This document shows positions 40,063 through 55,539 of a stretch of DNA of 64,000 nucleotides, one piece after another. This DNA comes from the human T2T-CHM13v2.0 reference genome, Homo sapiens, in NCBI RefSeq assembly GCF_009914755.1, contig NC_060925.1. One strand, written 5' to 3'. The position numbers were made by a program, and so were the translations under genes. Position 1 is the first letter of the stretch. Every line of letters begins with the position of its first letter. The notes below the pieces were generated by a model that did not search any database, was not told where the DNA came from, and saw only the letters and a list, made by a program, of their open reading frames with translations.

Positions 40063-40519
40063 AAATAATGCACTTGAGGAGCCTGGTAGAGAAGTACTGA
40101 GTCCTGGAAGGTAGAGCACATTGGAGGAGAGGGTAAAGGAGGTGGGCCGAGTCCTCACAGCAGGGCTTGGGGAGAATTAACTGCACTTCATGCATTCCAC
40201 TGCTTCAGAGAGACAGAGGACTATGTAATAAGAATAGACATGGCCCTCCATACAGCAAGCCTGATTGGTATATATCTGAGAAGTAGCCTATATGAAAAAC
40301 ACGTAGGAGTTCAAGTTAGCATAAATTGACAGCTTTTTGTCATCCTCCAAAATCTGATGCAGTATCAGGCTGTGTTAACAGAGACTGGGTATTTAGGATT
40401 CAGGAAGTGATAGGCTCACTCTGCTGTGGACCTGTCATGGCTGAAGCATCTCTACAGTTCTGGATACCAGGCTGTGAAAAGATGTGGTCCTTGGGGTTCT
40501 TCCCAAAGCCCTCTTCTTT

Positions 40520-41190
40520 TCTCAGTCTGCCACTCCGCAGGACCATCTCATCCCTGTTGCCACATATCGTTATGAAGGGAGTTTCCTGTATGGAGACACC
40601 TGGTCAAGGGGGGAGGGGAGTTATTCACCACTGGAGTCCTAATGCAAGAGCAGGGCCAATCTTAGGGGAAAAAGGGATGTAGGGCAATTTCAAATTATTT
40701 GGTCCAGAGGGAGAGTCCTTTTCTAAACATTACAATTAATGTGCTTGCCAGCAGGCAGCCCTGCACCTCACCCACCCCCATGGTGCCAATTACCATTTAT
40801 GTATTGATGTCCCCCTTGAGACCACACCTACAACCAACTGGACAGGAGAAGGTCGGCAGGAAGCTTCTGGGAAAGTTCTACCTTAATTGTAAAAGAACGA
40901 CAGGAGATGTCTTTCTCTTTCTGCTAGATGTGAATAAGACAGTGAGTAATCCTGGTTGCTACAACCAGCCTCCTTGTTACCACAAGGAAAACCGACTTAC
41001 AGATGACGCTGATGCTATGGGTCATGGAGCAGAGGTGAAAAGAACCTTTTTTCTTGATAACATCATTTAGCTGCTGAATCAACCAACCCTGAAGACCACC
41101 CTACATCTGAATCTCCTTTAATGTGAGCTAACAAATTTTTTAATTAGTCAAGCCAATTTAAGTTGAATTTTCAGTAACTTGACATCAAAA
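40520..41190 (+). mobile_element. MLT1-type (ERVL-MaLR) LTR remnant
   Basis: GCTGCTGAATCAACCAACCCTGAAG..TAGTCAAGCCAATTTAAGTTGAATTTTCAGTAACTTG..CATCCTAAC matches MLT1 3' end style. Confidence 0.55.
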
Positions 41191-41320
41191 AACATCCTAA
41201 CCAAAACATCATGTATTCTCTACCAGGAATCTGATTATGCAACGGCTTTGCACTGAACAATCCACATTTACTAAACAGGCCACTAAAGAGTCAGATTCAT
41301 CATTTAGTCTTATTAGAAAG

Positions 41321-41400
41321 GTGTCCTAACTATGGACATAAGACCAGCAGGGTTCTTGTGTCCTAAATACAGACATAAGACCAGTAGGGTTCTTTTGTCC
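41321..41400. repeat. 37-bp tandem repeat, ~2.2 copies
   Basis: GTGTCCTAACTATGGACATAAGACCAGCAGGGTTCTT / GTGTCCTAAATACAGACATAAGACCAGTAGGGTTCTT. Confidence 0.85.
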
Positions 41401-41937
41401 AGTTCAACTTATATATGGTGAATATAGTATAGTGCTAAAGAAGGGGTGTTAGAATCCCAGCTTTACCATTCACTAGCTATGTGACCCCAAGAAAGTGACT
41501 TAGGTTCTCTGGGCCTCATTTTCTTCCCCCGTCAATGGAGATCATCATAGTGCTTACCTCAGAGGGTCATTTTCAGGATCACATTAAATGATACACATGG
41601 ATTAGTTAGGATGTATTTCAGCTATGAGTAGCAAACAAAATAAGTCATCAATATGATTTAAACAAGAGAGAAATTTCCTTTACTTTCACATTCAAGGATC
41701 CAAAGATCTTCATTCCAAGACAGGCATGGCCCTTCATATCAGGACCTACCTTACTGACTCATTCCAAAGATTCTCTCTTAGTACACAATGGTTCCTAGAG
41801 CTCCAGTTTTTCAGTCCCCATTCCAGGCAGGGGGGCAGAAGCAGAAAAGAAAGGCAAGTTTCTACTCTTTAAGAACATTCCCTGGAAGTCACATACACCA
41901 CTTCTGCAGCTGTGACCAGATAAAAAATCAAGGGATT

Positions 41938-42043
41938 AAAAAAAAAAAAGGGCAACCTGCTCAGGTCCCCTTCCACACTGTGGAGGCTTTGTTTTTTCAC
42001 TCTGCAATAAATCTTGCTGCTGTTCAAAAAAAAAAAAAAAAAA
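41938..42043 (+). mobile_element. Polyadenylated LTR12(ERV9)-like R-region retrocopy with 16-bp TSD
   Basis: GGCAACCTGCTCAGGTCCCCTTCCACACTGTGGAGGCTTTG..GCAATAAATCTTGCTGCTG plus A18; TSD AAAAAATCAAGGGATT at 41922-41937 and 42038-42053. Confidence 0.82.
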
Positions 42044-42432
42044 TCAAGGGATTTGTTATGGAAGAAGGGGAGAAGGCATCCAACTTCTGCAGCAATCTGT
42101 GAAGTATGAGCACCTTGACGTGGAACAAAGCCAGCAGCGTTATCTGGCAGTTATTCTTACAAAAAACCTCCAATTCTCTTCCCCACAACAACAGGTCCTC
42201 TCCCCACCACCCAAACTCCCGCCCTCAGCCTCCCTTCCGTCAAAATCCCACCCTGTCTTGCAGGCCCGTGAGGGTCCATTTAAACTAACAGCTATTGCGA
42301 TGTCACACTGTCCAGGCACAAAACACACAAAAATAAAATTATTTCTACTCTCAAGAATCTCACTGGAAAGTAAGAGACTGCCAAATTACTGCGTGTGAGG
42401 CTGTGCCTGGCTCATAAGAAATGCTCAGTGAG

Positions 42433-42767
<335 letters not shown>

Positions 42768-43039
42768 TTATTAAATTATTCTTCTTCTGGTTAAGGACCT
42801 AGACTATAGGCTAGGAGGACCTGAGCTTAAACTCTTGCTCCATCACTTACTTGCTGTGTGACCTTGGGCTAACAACTAAACCCTTCTGTGCAGTAGCCCT
42901 ATTTCCATGTCTTTGACAACTGTATTCAGCTCTCATTTAATGTATTATAAAAGAACACTACATCTTCGGATTCTTTTCTAAACTTGATTATTTCAGTCAC
43001 AAGTCTTGTAGATCACAGCACTCTAAGAAGCTATTGTTT

Positions 43040-43338
<299 letters not shown>

Positions 43339-45811
43339 CTAAAAAAGTTATTGTCTGGAGTGTGACTTCTAAATGTCATTATGTAAAAAAATGTTGCTCA
43401 GACCTGCTTTTAACTAGTAATACTAAGAACATGTCTTGTCAAGTAGTTGAGGTGCTAATACACAGAAGGATACTGTAATAAAAGAACACACAGTCTAGAA
43501 AATAGTTAAAACATGTTTGTCCAAATTATCTTCCAAGGAGAGAAAAGTCAGCTAATATTTATGATCATGTGGCTTGGAAATCTAAAAATAGCTTTTTCAT
43601 AAAAGGCCAGATGCCTAAAACATGAAATAGAGAAGCCAGTAAGCAGATAATTTAGGTTTGTTATTTTATTCACAGTTATCTGGTAATTTGAGTTAAACAT
43701 AAATAAATATTTGGCTGGATGAGTTTGCAGTCAATTCATTGGTTTTATCATGAGAAGTTTAAAGAGAGATTGATGTCTCCAGTAAAAATATTCTTTGAGT
43801 TCATTATAATGAGAAAGGCAGAAAGAGGAAAAAGGAGAAAGAGAAGAAGGAAAAGGAGGAATGAAAGGGAGGAGAATTTTAACTTGTCTACATTTACAGG
43901 AAATATGAGAATTCTGACTCCTCCAGCAGAAAAATAAAAATGCAATGCTTGGTGCTAACAAAGAAACACATAATTCACTCTCATATTTTCTCAGATGCAA
44001 CTGGCTAGCTAGGAAGACAAGCTCAATTATAGAATATCTGTACTTCCAGAGGGACAGTTTGATCTTAAGTTGTCAGAAAATTTTATCACTCCTTTTTACA
44101 ACAAATACTTGTCTAAGTTAAAGACTATCATTTAACAATGTATGGAGACGTGGCCTGCTTCAGGAGAGGGAAGTTTACAACACGCCTCGCCAGAAGCTTT
44201 CCAATCCTTAATGAAAGCCTAAAAATCTAAAAATATTAGTCAAAAGTATTCACAAAAAAATAGTGTCCTAAAAACTAACGTTTCTAAGGTCACTCCAATT
44301 CCTGAGTACAGAACACTGTATTAGGATATCCCTGATCAAAAGAGCACATCTCATTCTCTCCCCTCATCTCTAACATTCTGTTCCTCATTTGTAATCGTGA
44401 CCTGTCAAATGGAGTCTCACTGTGCTGTGTAAGTAAGAGCAACACTAGAAGACCAACATTTCACAAAGAGCAGCCCAGAGGTGATTAAATTTATAAACCC
44501 AGAGTCCATAAGCCAGAGGGATTTTAGGCCCCAAGATGTTAGAAAAAAAAAAATTATGTTGGTTATGATGCTTTTGATTAGAAATAAGAGTAAATCTGAT
44601 TCAAATTTCTTAAACAAACAAACAAAAAGAAATAAAGGAAAAAATAGATGTACAGAAACAATGTTGACTTCCAGAAGTCCACCATGTCTGTTTCTCCATG
44701 TGCTCTCAGCTCCGCCCTCCTTCTGAGTCAGCTTTGTCCTCTTTCTAGCTTCCTTTCCAAAAGAAAGACCTGCAGGAGTTCCAGACCTAACGTCCTCATG
44801 CCACATTTTCTGTAAGAAATGAGAAAGTTTCTCCTAGTCACTCTTTCAAAAGAGAACGGGAGTATTTTTCCAAAATCTCTTACTTGACATCTTACCTCAT
44901 CCAGTTAAGAAGAAAGGGAGGGAGACAGTCACAGGCCCACTCTTAAACCAATTACTATAAGTAAAGAGTAAGGGGCTTTGAAGATGGGCAATGAGGACCC
45001 TCCCTGGTCCTGAAGGTGAAGTCAGGCCTAAAATGGGTAAGAATGTTAAAGAAGTTTCCCAAAAGAAATAGCTGGATGCTGGTAGAAGAGGGGAAGGCAG
45101 GCGGGTGGAAGTCAAGGGAGAATTCTGAGGAGTAAGCAACAGATGCCCATTGCAAGTTATTTAGGATATTTTTTTTAATTGCAGAAACCATTTCTAATTA
45201 GCCTAAGCAGAAAATGGCACTTTATTATAAGGCTTCCCAAAAATCACTTAGGCTTAAGAGTATGAATGCTACCAGAAGGATCTGGAACCAGGGGTACAAA
45301 GGTCACCGAAACTTTCTCTCCATCCTTTGTTTCTCCTTCTCCATTGGTATACGGTCTCTTCTGTGTTTGAATTGGTCTCCTTTATCCTTAAATCCACATG
45401 GCAGTGTAAGACTTCTAAGGCTCCTGATTAGACAAATGTCCAGTTCTCAGAGAAAATGAATCTCATTCTGTGGGTCTTAGTAGTAGAATTCTATGAAAGA
45501 GATTCGAATTGAATTTGGATCTGGTGATTGTCCCTCATCATGAGGTAGAGTTATATTTTACAGAATGACTCCAAAAAGTTCACTTTTGTGACGTATGTAT
45601 GGTGGGATGGACCATGGGGCAGTTCCCAGAGAAGGGATGGCTAAGAAGACCATGCAGTTTTCTACTCCTTACAACATGTTTTGCATGATATTTGTCACAT
45701 GAAACATTTATAGCATAAATTTTCTTCTAAAATTGAAAATGTATATAAAAAGGAACAAAATATCAAATCCAGGACTTCAAAGAAAGAAGCAAGAGAAAGA
45801 TTTCTTCCTCA

Positions 45812-46180
<369 letters not shown>

Positions 46181-46419
46181 TTAAGCATACATTACAAAAA
46201 TGTTTCCCAACATTTTTCACATCATGGCACACTTATAAAATTCTATTATTTGGTCTGGACCATTGGGTGTACCCTGAGGCCATTCCCAATCTGAGGTGAT
46301 TAGGAATGTGTGGCTCTGACAATCCTTGGAACTGGCTGCAGGTGTCAATATCTAGCACGTTTTTATATGGTAGTTAAGAGGAAGAATGGATAATGTAGGG
46401 CCCAAATTTTTCATCCTAA

Positions 46420-46756
<337 letters not shown>

Positions 46757-47604
46757 TGGTATCTGCATTTCTTTGCCCAAGGACACATGTCGTTTGCCTG
46801 TGGAGCAAGCCCAAATTGGTCCAAAGGAATACTCCCGGGAGCAACTTCAACCTACGACTAATGGAAGTTCAGGTATAAATATACCCGTTGGATAGAAAAC
46901 AAGTCTGGGGCTTGTTTTTTATACAGACTCCCCCAAGCCCTCCAGTGGGGTTTGATTCTAGTCATCCATAGTAGCTGGCTTGATAATGTCCTGCATTGTC
47001 CACTCTCCCTTTCCCATCTTCCTTAACTACCCTCCTATTGGCATTTCCTTTACTTACCAAAAGCACTACTTGCATTTGAATCTCAGGGTCTGCTTCAGTA
47101 GAACCTCAACTAAGACATCTTTTCTGCTATCTTGCCTGTGCACTGTGTATGTAACTTTACGACGTCAGTCATTTAAACTTGTAATTGTCCGTCTTCCAAT
47201 GCCACTAAATGTCTTAAGATCAGGAATTGTATATAATTCTTCTTTGTTTCCCCACATCTAAAAAAAATGCTTGACAATATTAGGCACTCTACAAATGCCT
47301 ATGGAATAAATGAGTGAATGTTTAAAGAATGAATTTAAAAAGGGAAGGAGGAGAGTAGAATAATAAAGTTAGATTATGGTAAGTCACCAAATACAAAAGT
47401 AATTTATGAGAAATATTTTCATTAAGTATAATTTATAAAAGCAAAATCCTACTTACGTTTCACATAATCCATTGGCATATAAAATATCTCTCATTCAGAA
47501 ATATTTTTTCATTCTGAGATTAAGACAACCTCCTGTAGTGTTTGAGAATTCTGGTTTCAAAGTCTCATAGCTGTGTGATTTAGGTTAGTGTATCTCTAAC
47601 TTTA

Positions 47605-47745
47605 ATGTGCGTATGAATACCTAAGAATATTGTTATTTGCATATTCTGATTTTGTGGGTGTGGGGTGTAGGGTGCGGCTTGAGAATCTGCGTTTCTAACA
47701 AGTTCCCAGGTGATACGGATGCCGCTGGTTCATGGATAGCTAGGC
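47605..47745. mobile_element. MER5A-like hAT-Charlie fragment
   Basis: GAGAATCTGCGTTTCTAACAAGTTCCCAGGTGATACGGATGCCGCTGGT. Confidence 0.7.
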
Positions 47746-48060
47746 TCTAGGGCAAAAGACACCTATCTCTGCACCTCTGTTTCCTTAACTTAAAAACAAA
47801 AGAATAATAACCATGTTTTGCTGGGTTGAGAAGATAAATGAAATAATACATGAAAAGCACTTTAAACAATATCTACCATCTAGAAAACACTCTTTATGTG
47901 TTATCTATTATTATTATAAAACTCATGCTGTATACCAATGCTTTTTATGAATATTAAAGTCCAGGGTTAAAAAATAACTGCAAGTATTTTTATTGTTTAT
48001 TGAATAATTTGCATATTATTAGTATAATACTTATTGTTATGAGAAAAATACAAAAGTCAC

Positions 48061-49100
48061 TGTTGATTAGAAAAAGGCAAACTCTGTAAAATATTTGAAG
48101 AGGTTTATTCTGAGGTATCTGTGAGGACCACAACCTGTGACACAGCCTGAAGAGGTCCTAGGAATATGTACCCAAGGTGGTCGGGTTTCAGGTTGATTTT
48201 ATACATTTTAGGGAGACAGAAGTTACAGGTAAAGACATAAATTAATACCCCTAAGGTGGTATATATCTGTTTGGCCCAGAAAGGTGGGACATCTCAAAAG
48301 GGGGAAGAGAGAGAGGATTCCAGGTCATAAGTAGATTCAAAGATTTTCTGATAGGCAATGGATTAAAAGAGTTAAGCCTTTCCTAAATTGCTGAAGTCAG
48401 CAGAAAGAAATGCTTGAGGTTAAGATATGGGGGTTTGTGGAAGCCAAGGTTCTTGTTATGTAAATGAAGCCTCCAGGTAGAAGGCTTCAGAGAGAACAGA
48501 TGGTAAGTATAGGTTATCAGACCTTAAAACATGTCAGACTCTTAGTTAAATCTCTCCTGGATCAGGGAAAATCCTAGTAAGGAAAGAGGATTCTCTACAG
48601 GATGTAAATTTTTCTCATAAAAGACAGCTTTGCAAGCCCACTCCAAAATATGCCAAAGACATATATTTTGTGTTAAAATACTTTGATGTCCTTTAGGGCC
48701 TGTTACGTCATGTGATACTAGAGTCAGGTTGGATTTGCTATCTTATTGCTGTAAAGAGTCGGTTCTGTCAGTCTTGGGATCTCTATTTTAATGTTAACGC
48801 TAGTCAGTTGTGTCTAAACTACAACAGGGAGAGGGTATAATGAGGCAAGACCTATCTCCTCCCTTTTACTCTCATGACTCGAACTAGTTTTTCAGGTGTT
48901 TTGTTTTGTTTTGTTTTGTTTGAGACGGAGTCTCGCTCTGTAGCCCAGGCTGGAGTGCAGTGGTGCGACCTCAGCGCACTGCAACCTCTACCTCCTGGGT
49001 CCCTTTTCAGGTTTTTTTTTTGGAATCCTGGAATCCCCTTGGCCAAGAGAGGGGTCCATTCAGTCCGTTGGGGGGCTTAGAAATTTACTTTTGGTTTACA
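48061..49100 (-). mobile_element. MER4-family ERV1 solo LTR containing a truncated antisense Alu (~48897-49002)
   Basis: Reverse complement starts TGTAAACCAAAAGTAAATTTCTAAGCCCCCCAAC; Alu insert bounded by TTTTCAGGT repeats. Confidence 0.75.
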
Positions 49101-49801
49101 CCACCTATGTACAATTCAAATATACAGGTACATATAAATTGAATGTAAACAATAAATGATTTTCAATAGCATAGGTATAAGTGCCAGTTCATGATTAGCT
49201 GTCAGGTGGGAAAAGACAGAAACGATGAGGTCCTGCCCAAGGCTATGGGTTTTGGCACAAGACAGGCTTAGAATCAAGCCCTATCACTCCTTAAGCAAGT
49301 CAATTAACCTTTATAAGCCTCGCTTTCTCACCTGTTGAGGAGGGAATACTTTCAGCACTCTGACCTGAAAAGAGACAATATATGTAAGACCTTAACCCAG
49401 TGCCTGACACAGAATAAGCATTCAATAAATATCAATTTGGGGCACTACTATTAAGTCAAAGACCCCTAGAATTCATTATATGTCTATCAGGCACAGATTC
49501 AAAACTATGGATTAGTTGTAAAAAGCATAGGGTTATAAATACCCCAAGACCTGAGCTGAACTAAATTCTGCATCTGGCTACCTCATGGCATGGAACTGGT
49601 AAGACATCAGAAGCAGGGATAATTTGGAAAAGGTTCAATCCAGGAAAATCAGTCCAAGGTAAGCAAGCAAGCAGAGTGAAGGAGAGCTCCCAGGGATGTG
49701 TTCCAAGCATGCACTGGGCATTGCTTCAGTACCAGCAGACTTTTAACATGATTTTCATCAGAACAGAACATGTGATACTGAATGTCATACTTTAGAAGTT
49801 A

Positions 49802-49982
49802 AGGGAGTGGGGGAGGGATAGCATTAGGATATACACCTAATGTAAATGACTAGTTAATGGGTGCAAGCACACCAACATGGCACATGTATACATATGTAAT
49901 AAACCTGCACGTTGTGCACATGTGCCCTAGAACTTAAAGTATAATAAAATAAATTAATTAATTAAATAAATAAATAAAATAA
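49802..49982 (+). mobile_element. Very short L1PA 3' end
   Basis: GGGAGGGATAGCATTAGG..AACCTGCACGTTGTGCACATG..AGAACTTAAAGTATAATAAAA; TSD AGAAGTTA. Confidence 0.9.
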
Positions 49983-52900
49983 GAAGTTATAGGAAACATT
50001 GAGTAGTTGATAATCTAGATTTATTCTGATCAGCAAGAACTATCTCACTGGGGATGTGAAAATTATAAAAATCCTAAGAGAGAAAAACAATACCACTTTA
50101 ACCTTAAAAGCAAAAGATGGTCAACATGGATACAGTAAACGATGCTCTCCAGATGACATGAAAGTATATTTCAAAATTCCAGAGCAAAGATATACAATTC
50201 CCTAAAAGGATCACTAAAGGAGGAAGATGAGGCTCAGGAAAAAAATAAGTTGAGTGTTAATTCATATTAGCAAACATTTACTGAGAGTCCTCAAGATGGA
50301 GGTGGAGAAGCCTGTAAGGCACTGTAGAAAAAGCCCAAGATTTGAAATCAGACAGACAAGCATCTTCTTGCTTCTTTTTAAGATAACTTAAGTTTAGCAA
50401 ATGACTTGACCTCTCTGCCTTGCCTACACCTCAATCTTATAAAAATGGCAATAACAAGAAAGCACAATTCTGAGTACTGCGAAAATATAGAGTATGTAAG
50501 ACATGCAACTGCCCCTCATGTTGGGCAAATGAATGGGAATAAAATTGCCTGGAATATAGGATAGGATACGAAAATAAAATATTGAGGTTATAGATTGACT
50601 TCTATAGGAATATTAGGAAGGAAGATATTAATTCTGACTAAGGAAATCAAGTCTTTAAGAAAGAGATGGCATTTGAGTTTGGCCTTGAATTAGGGGTAGG
50701 AGTTCTCCCAGTGGAAGTAAGGGAGAGAGAAAAAGAGCTAGTAAGTTTAGGGCAAATATTCCAGGCAGTTTTAGCAAACACATAGAAGCATCAATATATG
50801 AAAGTGTTTAGGGACTAGTGAGAAATAAAAAGCATTTAAATGTTCAGGTAAGGATGCAGCAGCAAGAAGCAGAAAACAAGATTGGAAAGTAGGTCAGGAT
50901 GAGAACATAAAAGACTTTCAACAGCATGATAGGGGCTTGGCATTCTCTGTATTATCAGCAACTTGCAGTTTTATAGGCCTTCATTTCCACATGCATTATC
51001 TTTCCTAACATGCACAAAACTTTGAAGTAGGTAGATGGGTTGCTTTTGTTCTCATTTTAATACAGTTAAGGAAATTGAGTCTGAGTGACTTTCTAAGTTA
51101 GCAAACAACAAGTATCAGAGTCGGACTAGAAACTAGACCTGCTGCCTATTTGACAGATGCTCTGTCCACACTGCCATGCTTTCTCCATAAGCACTTTGGA
51201 GCTACTAAAGTGCCTTATTACACAGGATTTTGAATGCCAGGCCAAAATGTTTGACTTACCTTGTTTTTTGGGCAGAGGACTTACATAAACAGAATGGAAA
51301 TATCAAGTCTGGCAGCAGTCCGTAAGGATGCACCGGAAAGAAGAGATGCTAAGACTAAATGTAGAAGACTTAAGAACAATCCTGGCAACATGAAATCCAA
51401 AAAAATGTATTTGTAAAACTGTGCAATTGAGTTTCAAAATATGCACTTCACAAGCTCAGGTTGCATAAGAACCAGGTTAATAGTTAATGAGATATGGATC
51501 TGTGATTTAATTAAGATTAATGTAAGCATTAGTGTTAGGTAGATGCTAAAAACAAATGTCCTGTTGGCTGTGTTACCAGAAAATTCATGTTCAGAATAAG
51601 AAAGGTATGAGATCAACATGTTGCTTATATCACCCCCAGAAGTGTGTTCAGTTCCAGGAGTCAAAAACTTTAAGAAGGACACTCCTGAGAAACTGAAGGA
51701 GTATAAAACAAATCTACTAGAATGATGGTTGACAGCCAAAAAAAACTATGTGAGTTTTTGTTGGGGGGAAACTAGAAATTTTAACAGAACAAAAGCGAGT
51801 GGGGAGGGAGGTTGATTCAAAGGGCAAAACAGATTTTACAGGGCAGAATACAGACCAATTGTGGGATTGCATAGAATGTGGGACATTTACTGCCAAATTA
51901 AGAATCGTCTATAAAACACTAAGCTTGATGCTCCAAATGTATGTGCAATAGCTAAGGGGCTATGTTAAGCCATGTTGCTGTGAATTGCTATGGTGGGAAA
52001 TAGATTTGCCAAGAGGTTTTTAAGGAGGTTTCTAAAAAATTTTGAGTCTATAATTTTATACACATTCACACAATGGTTATTATAAACTTTCAGCAAATTC
52101 AAAAGGAAAGGGTAATATAAATCATAGCCATTAAGAAAATAAAGTTGTAAATAAAGTTGTTGCCTTCTAAATAGCTTATCAGTGTTAAATTATTAAATGT
52201 ACAGTAATGCAATATCAAAGACTCATTATTCAAAGCTTCTTGTTCCTCATAATTTACATTTGCTTTAAAAAAGAAATAGCCAAGAAATTGGACTTTTTAA
52301 AAAAGTTTTTTTGGAAATAAAACATTTTCTCTCACTCTCTGTTTAGTGCTATATTGCCTTTTTTAAAAAGTATAAAAGGGAAAAGTTTCTAGAAGTTGTT
52401 AAATTTTAAGTCACCCTGGTATTTTTACCAAAAAACTCTCACAGATCATTTTATTAATATACTTTTTTTAACTTGTTTTCTACTCATTTGCCTAATTTAA
52501 TTCTCCTGTGATTTACTTCTTGTACTGTGATAAATTTGCCTATATAACAAAAGCTTATATATTAGTCATCAGTTTATGTACATGATAAAATCAATCTAAT
52601 TTACTGTGCTGTTAATTTGAGCCTTTTATTAGCTAGTACATGTGCATTTACAAAATAAAATAACATCGTTCTCTAGCATCTAGATTAGGCTCTGAGGTAT
52701 CTATTGAAATATGCTAAAAATAGACTTAGAGTATATTTTACTATGTTCTTATTTTCTGTAAATTGCTAATCCAAGTAGTACATAAATCATACTTTAAGCC
52801 CCACATCTCCTTTCTTAATAAAAATGCAAAACACATTTATTAAGCACAGAACACATAAAAATTTCTTTTCTATACATAAGATAAATGCAAAAAAATAAAA

Positions 52901-53310
52901 TTTGTGGAAAGCTTTCAATGAGTTTATGATCTAGTTGAGGAAATAAGGTATTTGTGAAGACATAATTAGGACTACTACAAAATATTTTACCATGACAACT
53001 AAATGAATAATTACAACCTAAAAATTATTTTTTATAAAATCAGCTCATATTTTTCCATCTCCTTATGTCACCGATTCCTCTTTTGATCAAATAAATTCAA
53101 GAAAACAGTATGTAAATTGTAAATCTATATGTTGGCCAGCTAATACTGTTATAGGAAGTGTCTTGAGTAACAGTAAGAATTTCCATATGATTTCATTGCT
53201 TCTATTGTTAAACACCTTATACAATAGAGTAGGAATCCTGCTGAAACATGAAAAGGAATTTTTCGGTTGGCTGTGAATGACTGTGGTCAGTTCAGTTCTG
53301 TTGTTGTTGA

Positions 53311-53600
53311 TATTTTATTCATTTATTTTTTGAGACAGGGTCTCACTCTGTTACCCAGGCTGGAGTGCAGTGGTGCAATCACGACTTATTGCAGCCTCGA
53401 CCTCCTGGGCTAAAGCAATCCTCCTGCCTCAGCCTCCTGAGTAACTGGGACTACAGGTGTGCACCACCATGCCTGGCTAATTTTTCATTTGTTGTAGAGA
53501 TGGAGTCTCACTATGTTGCCCAGACTGGTCTCAAACTACTGGACTCATGCAGTTCTCCTGCCTCAGCCTCCCAAAGTGCTGGAATTGCAGGCGTCTGGCT
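53311..53600 (-). mobile_element. Alu (AluJ-like)
   Basis: Antisense Alu. Confidence 0.88.
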
Positions 53601-54933
53601 GTTCTTGTTGTTATTGTTTTAACAGGCACATTCTGTTCTAGTGTTATTTATATTAGAAGGATTTTGTTTTACTGCAGCTCCTCAAAGATTAATTTTATTT
53701 ATTTTGTTTCATTTGCCAATAATGCATAGTTTAGAGGAGGATCAGACTCAACTCTTTAAAACAGAATAACTTCTATTGTAACACAATGCCCAATTGAAAC
53801 AACAGCAATTAATGTATTTCTATATCAAATCTTGACATCTGAAAGATTTTCAAACAAATTTTCCTGCGGAATTAAAGAGCAAAGTAGGGGTTTCTTTTAA
53901 TGTGATAAAAGTGTAGCTAGAGAAAAAAAATCATAAACTATTGAATATCAAAAAAAGTGGTCAACTTTTAACACTGACAAAGCTTCACACTGACAAGAAT
54001 TTCTCTCATCCCCCAACTTCTTTCCAACTATTTTTATTTATTGTTAGAGTTGCATATTTTAACTTGTCCCCTTATTATCAGTCACTACCAGAAATTATAA
54101 ATGCTGGCTCATTTTTTTAATAATAAATGCCACAATTCACATGCCCTAATAGCTGTTAAGAAGCAAGGATACAAACCAAGTAATTAGCTTTTAAAAGCCT
54201 TAAGTTTACTTTTTGTAAAAAGTAAATATTACCAATAAATATGAACAAACCACTTTTAGAATATGTTATATATATACCAGAAATTGGAGAAGTGTAAGGA
54301 TAATAAAAGTCTTCAGCCTGTAGAGTAGATTATCTGCATCATGAAGTTCGGTCCAGAAGGTACCACTTTACAATGTGGTTAGTGATGAGCAAACCATCTG
54401 AAAAGTAATCCCTCAAAGGTAGCATGGTCTGGGATCAGTGTGAGGCATATAAAAATAAACGAGACACAGTTCTGTCCTTAGGAAGGTCACAGTCAACTTG
54501 GGAAGATAAGATACATGCATAAAAACTTCACTAGCAAAGCAGTGTATGATGTCGAAGTAAAGGGGGAAATCCGTGTAGACTAGGATGAGGGAACAAGGTA
54601 TAATTTGAGCAGGAATTACAGGAAAAAAAGTGAGAAAATAGGTTAGAAAAAATATGAACTGGGTAAGAATCAAGGATGCACAAATTGGGGAGAATAAGTA
54701 GACATTTAGTCTTAAGTGGAGAATTTATTTAAGATTCAGTGGAAGATAAAGTTAGAAAAGTAGGTTAGGGTAAGATTTTAAAAGGCATTGAGTGTAAAGA
54801 TGTCAAATTCTGCCCTTATCCAACCTTGTAAAACTGTATTTGAGGACAGGAGCTGTATCTTTTTTATTCTTGTAGTTTCCTGCTAGCTTAGCCTACTGCC
54901 TTTTCTTATAAGAAAATAGTGAGTAGGCACCCA

Positions 54934-54953
54934 GTGTGTGTGTGTGTGTGTGT
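54934..54953. repeat. (GT)n microsatellite
   Basis: GTGTGTGTGTGTGTGTGTGT. Confidence 0.9.
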
Positions 54954-55104
54954 AAAATTGAGTTAGCATCTATTGGAAATGCAAAACAATTAAAGGCTTT
55001 TAATAGTGACACAGCATGAGTAAACAATGTCTTAAGAAGATTTATCTACCTACACTAGATGATCAAGATGGGGGAAAGGCTGATGGTAAAGAGACCTCTT
55101 ATGA

Positions 55105-55539
<435 letters not shown>

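Noticed and set aside
41321-41400. 37-bp repeat as a CRISPR-like array
   Set aside because: Only ~2 adjacent copies, no unique spacers, eukaryotic context.
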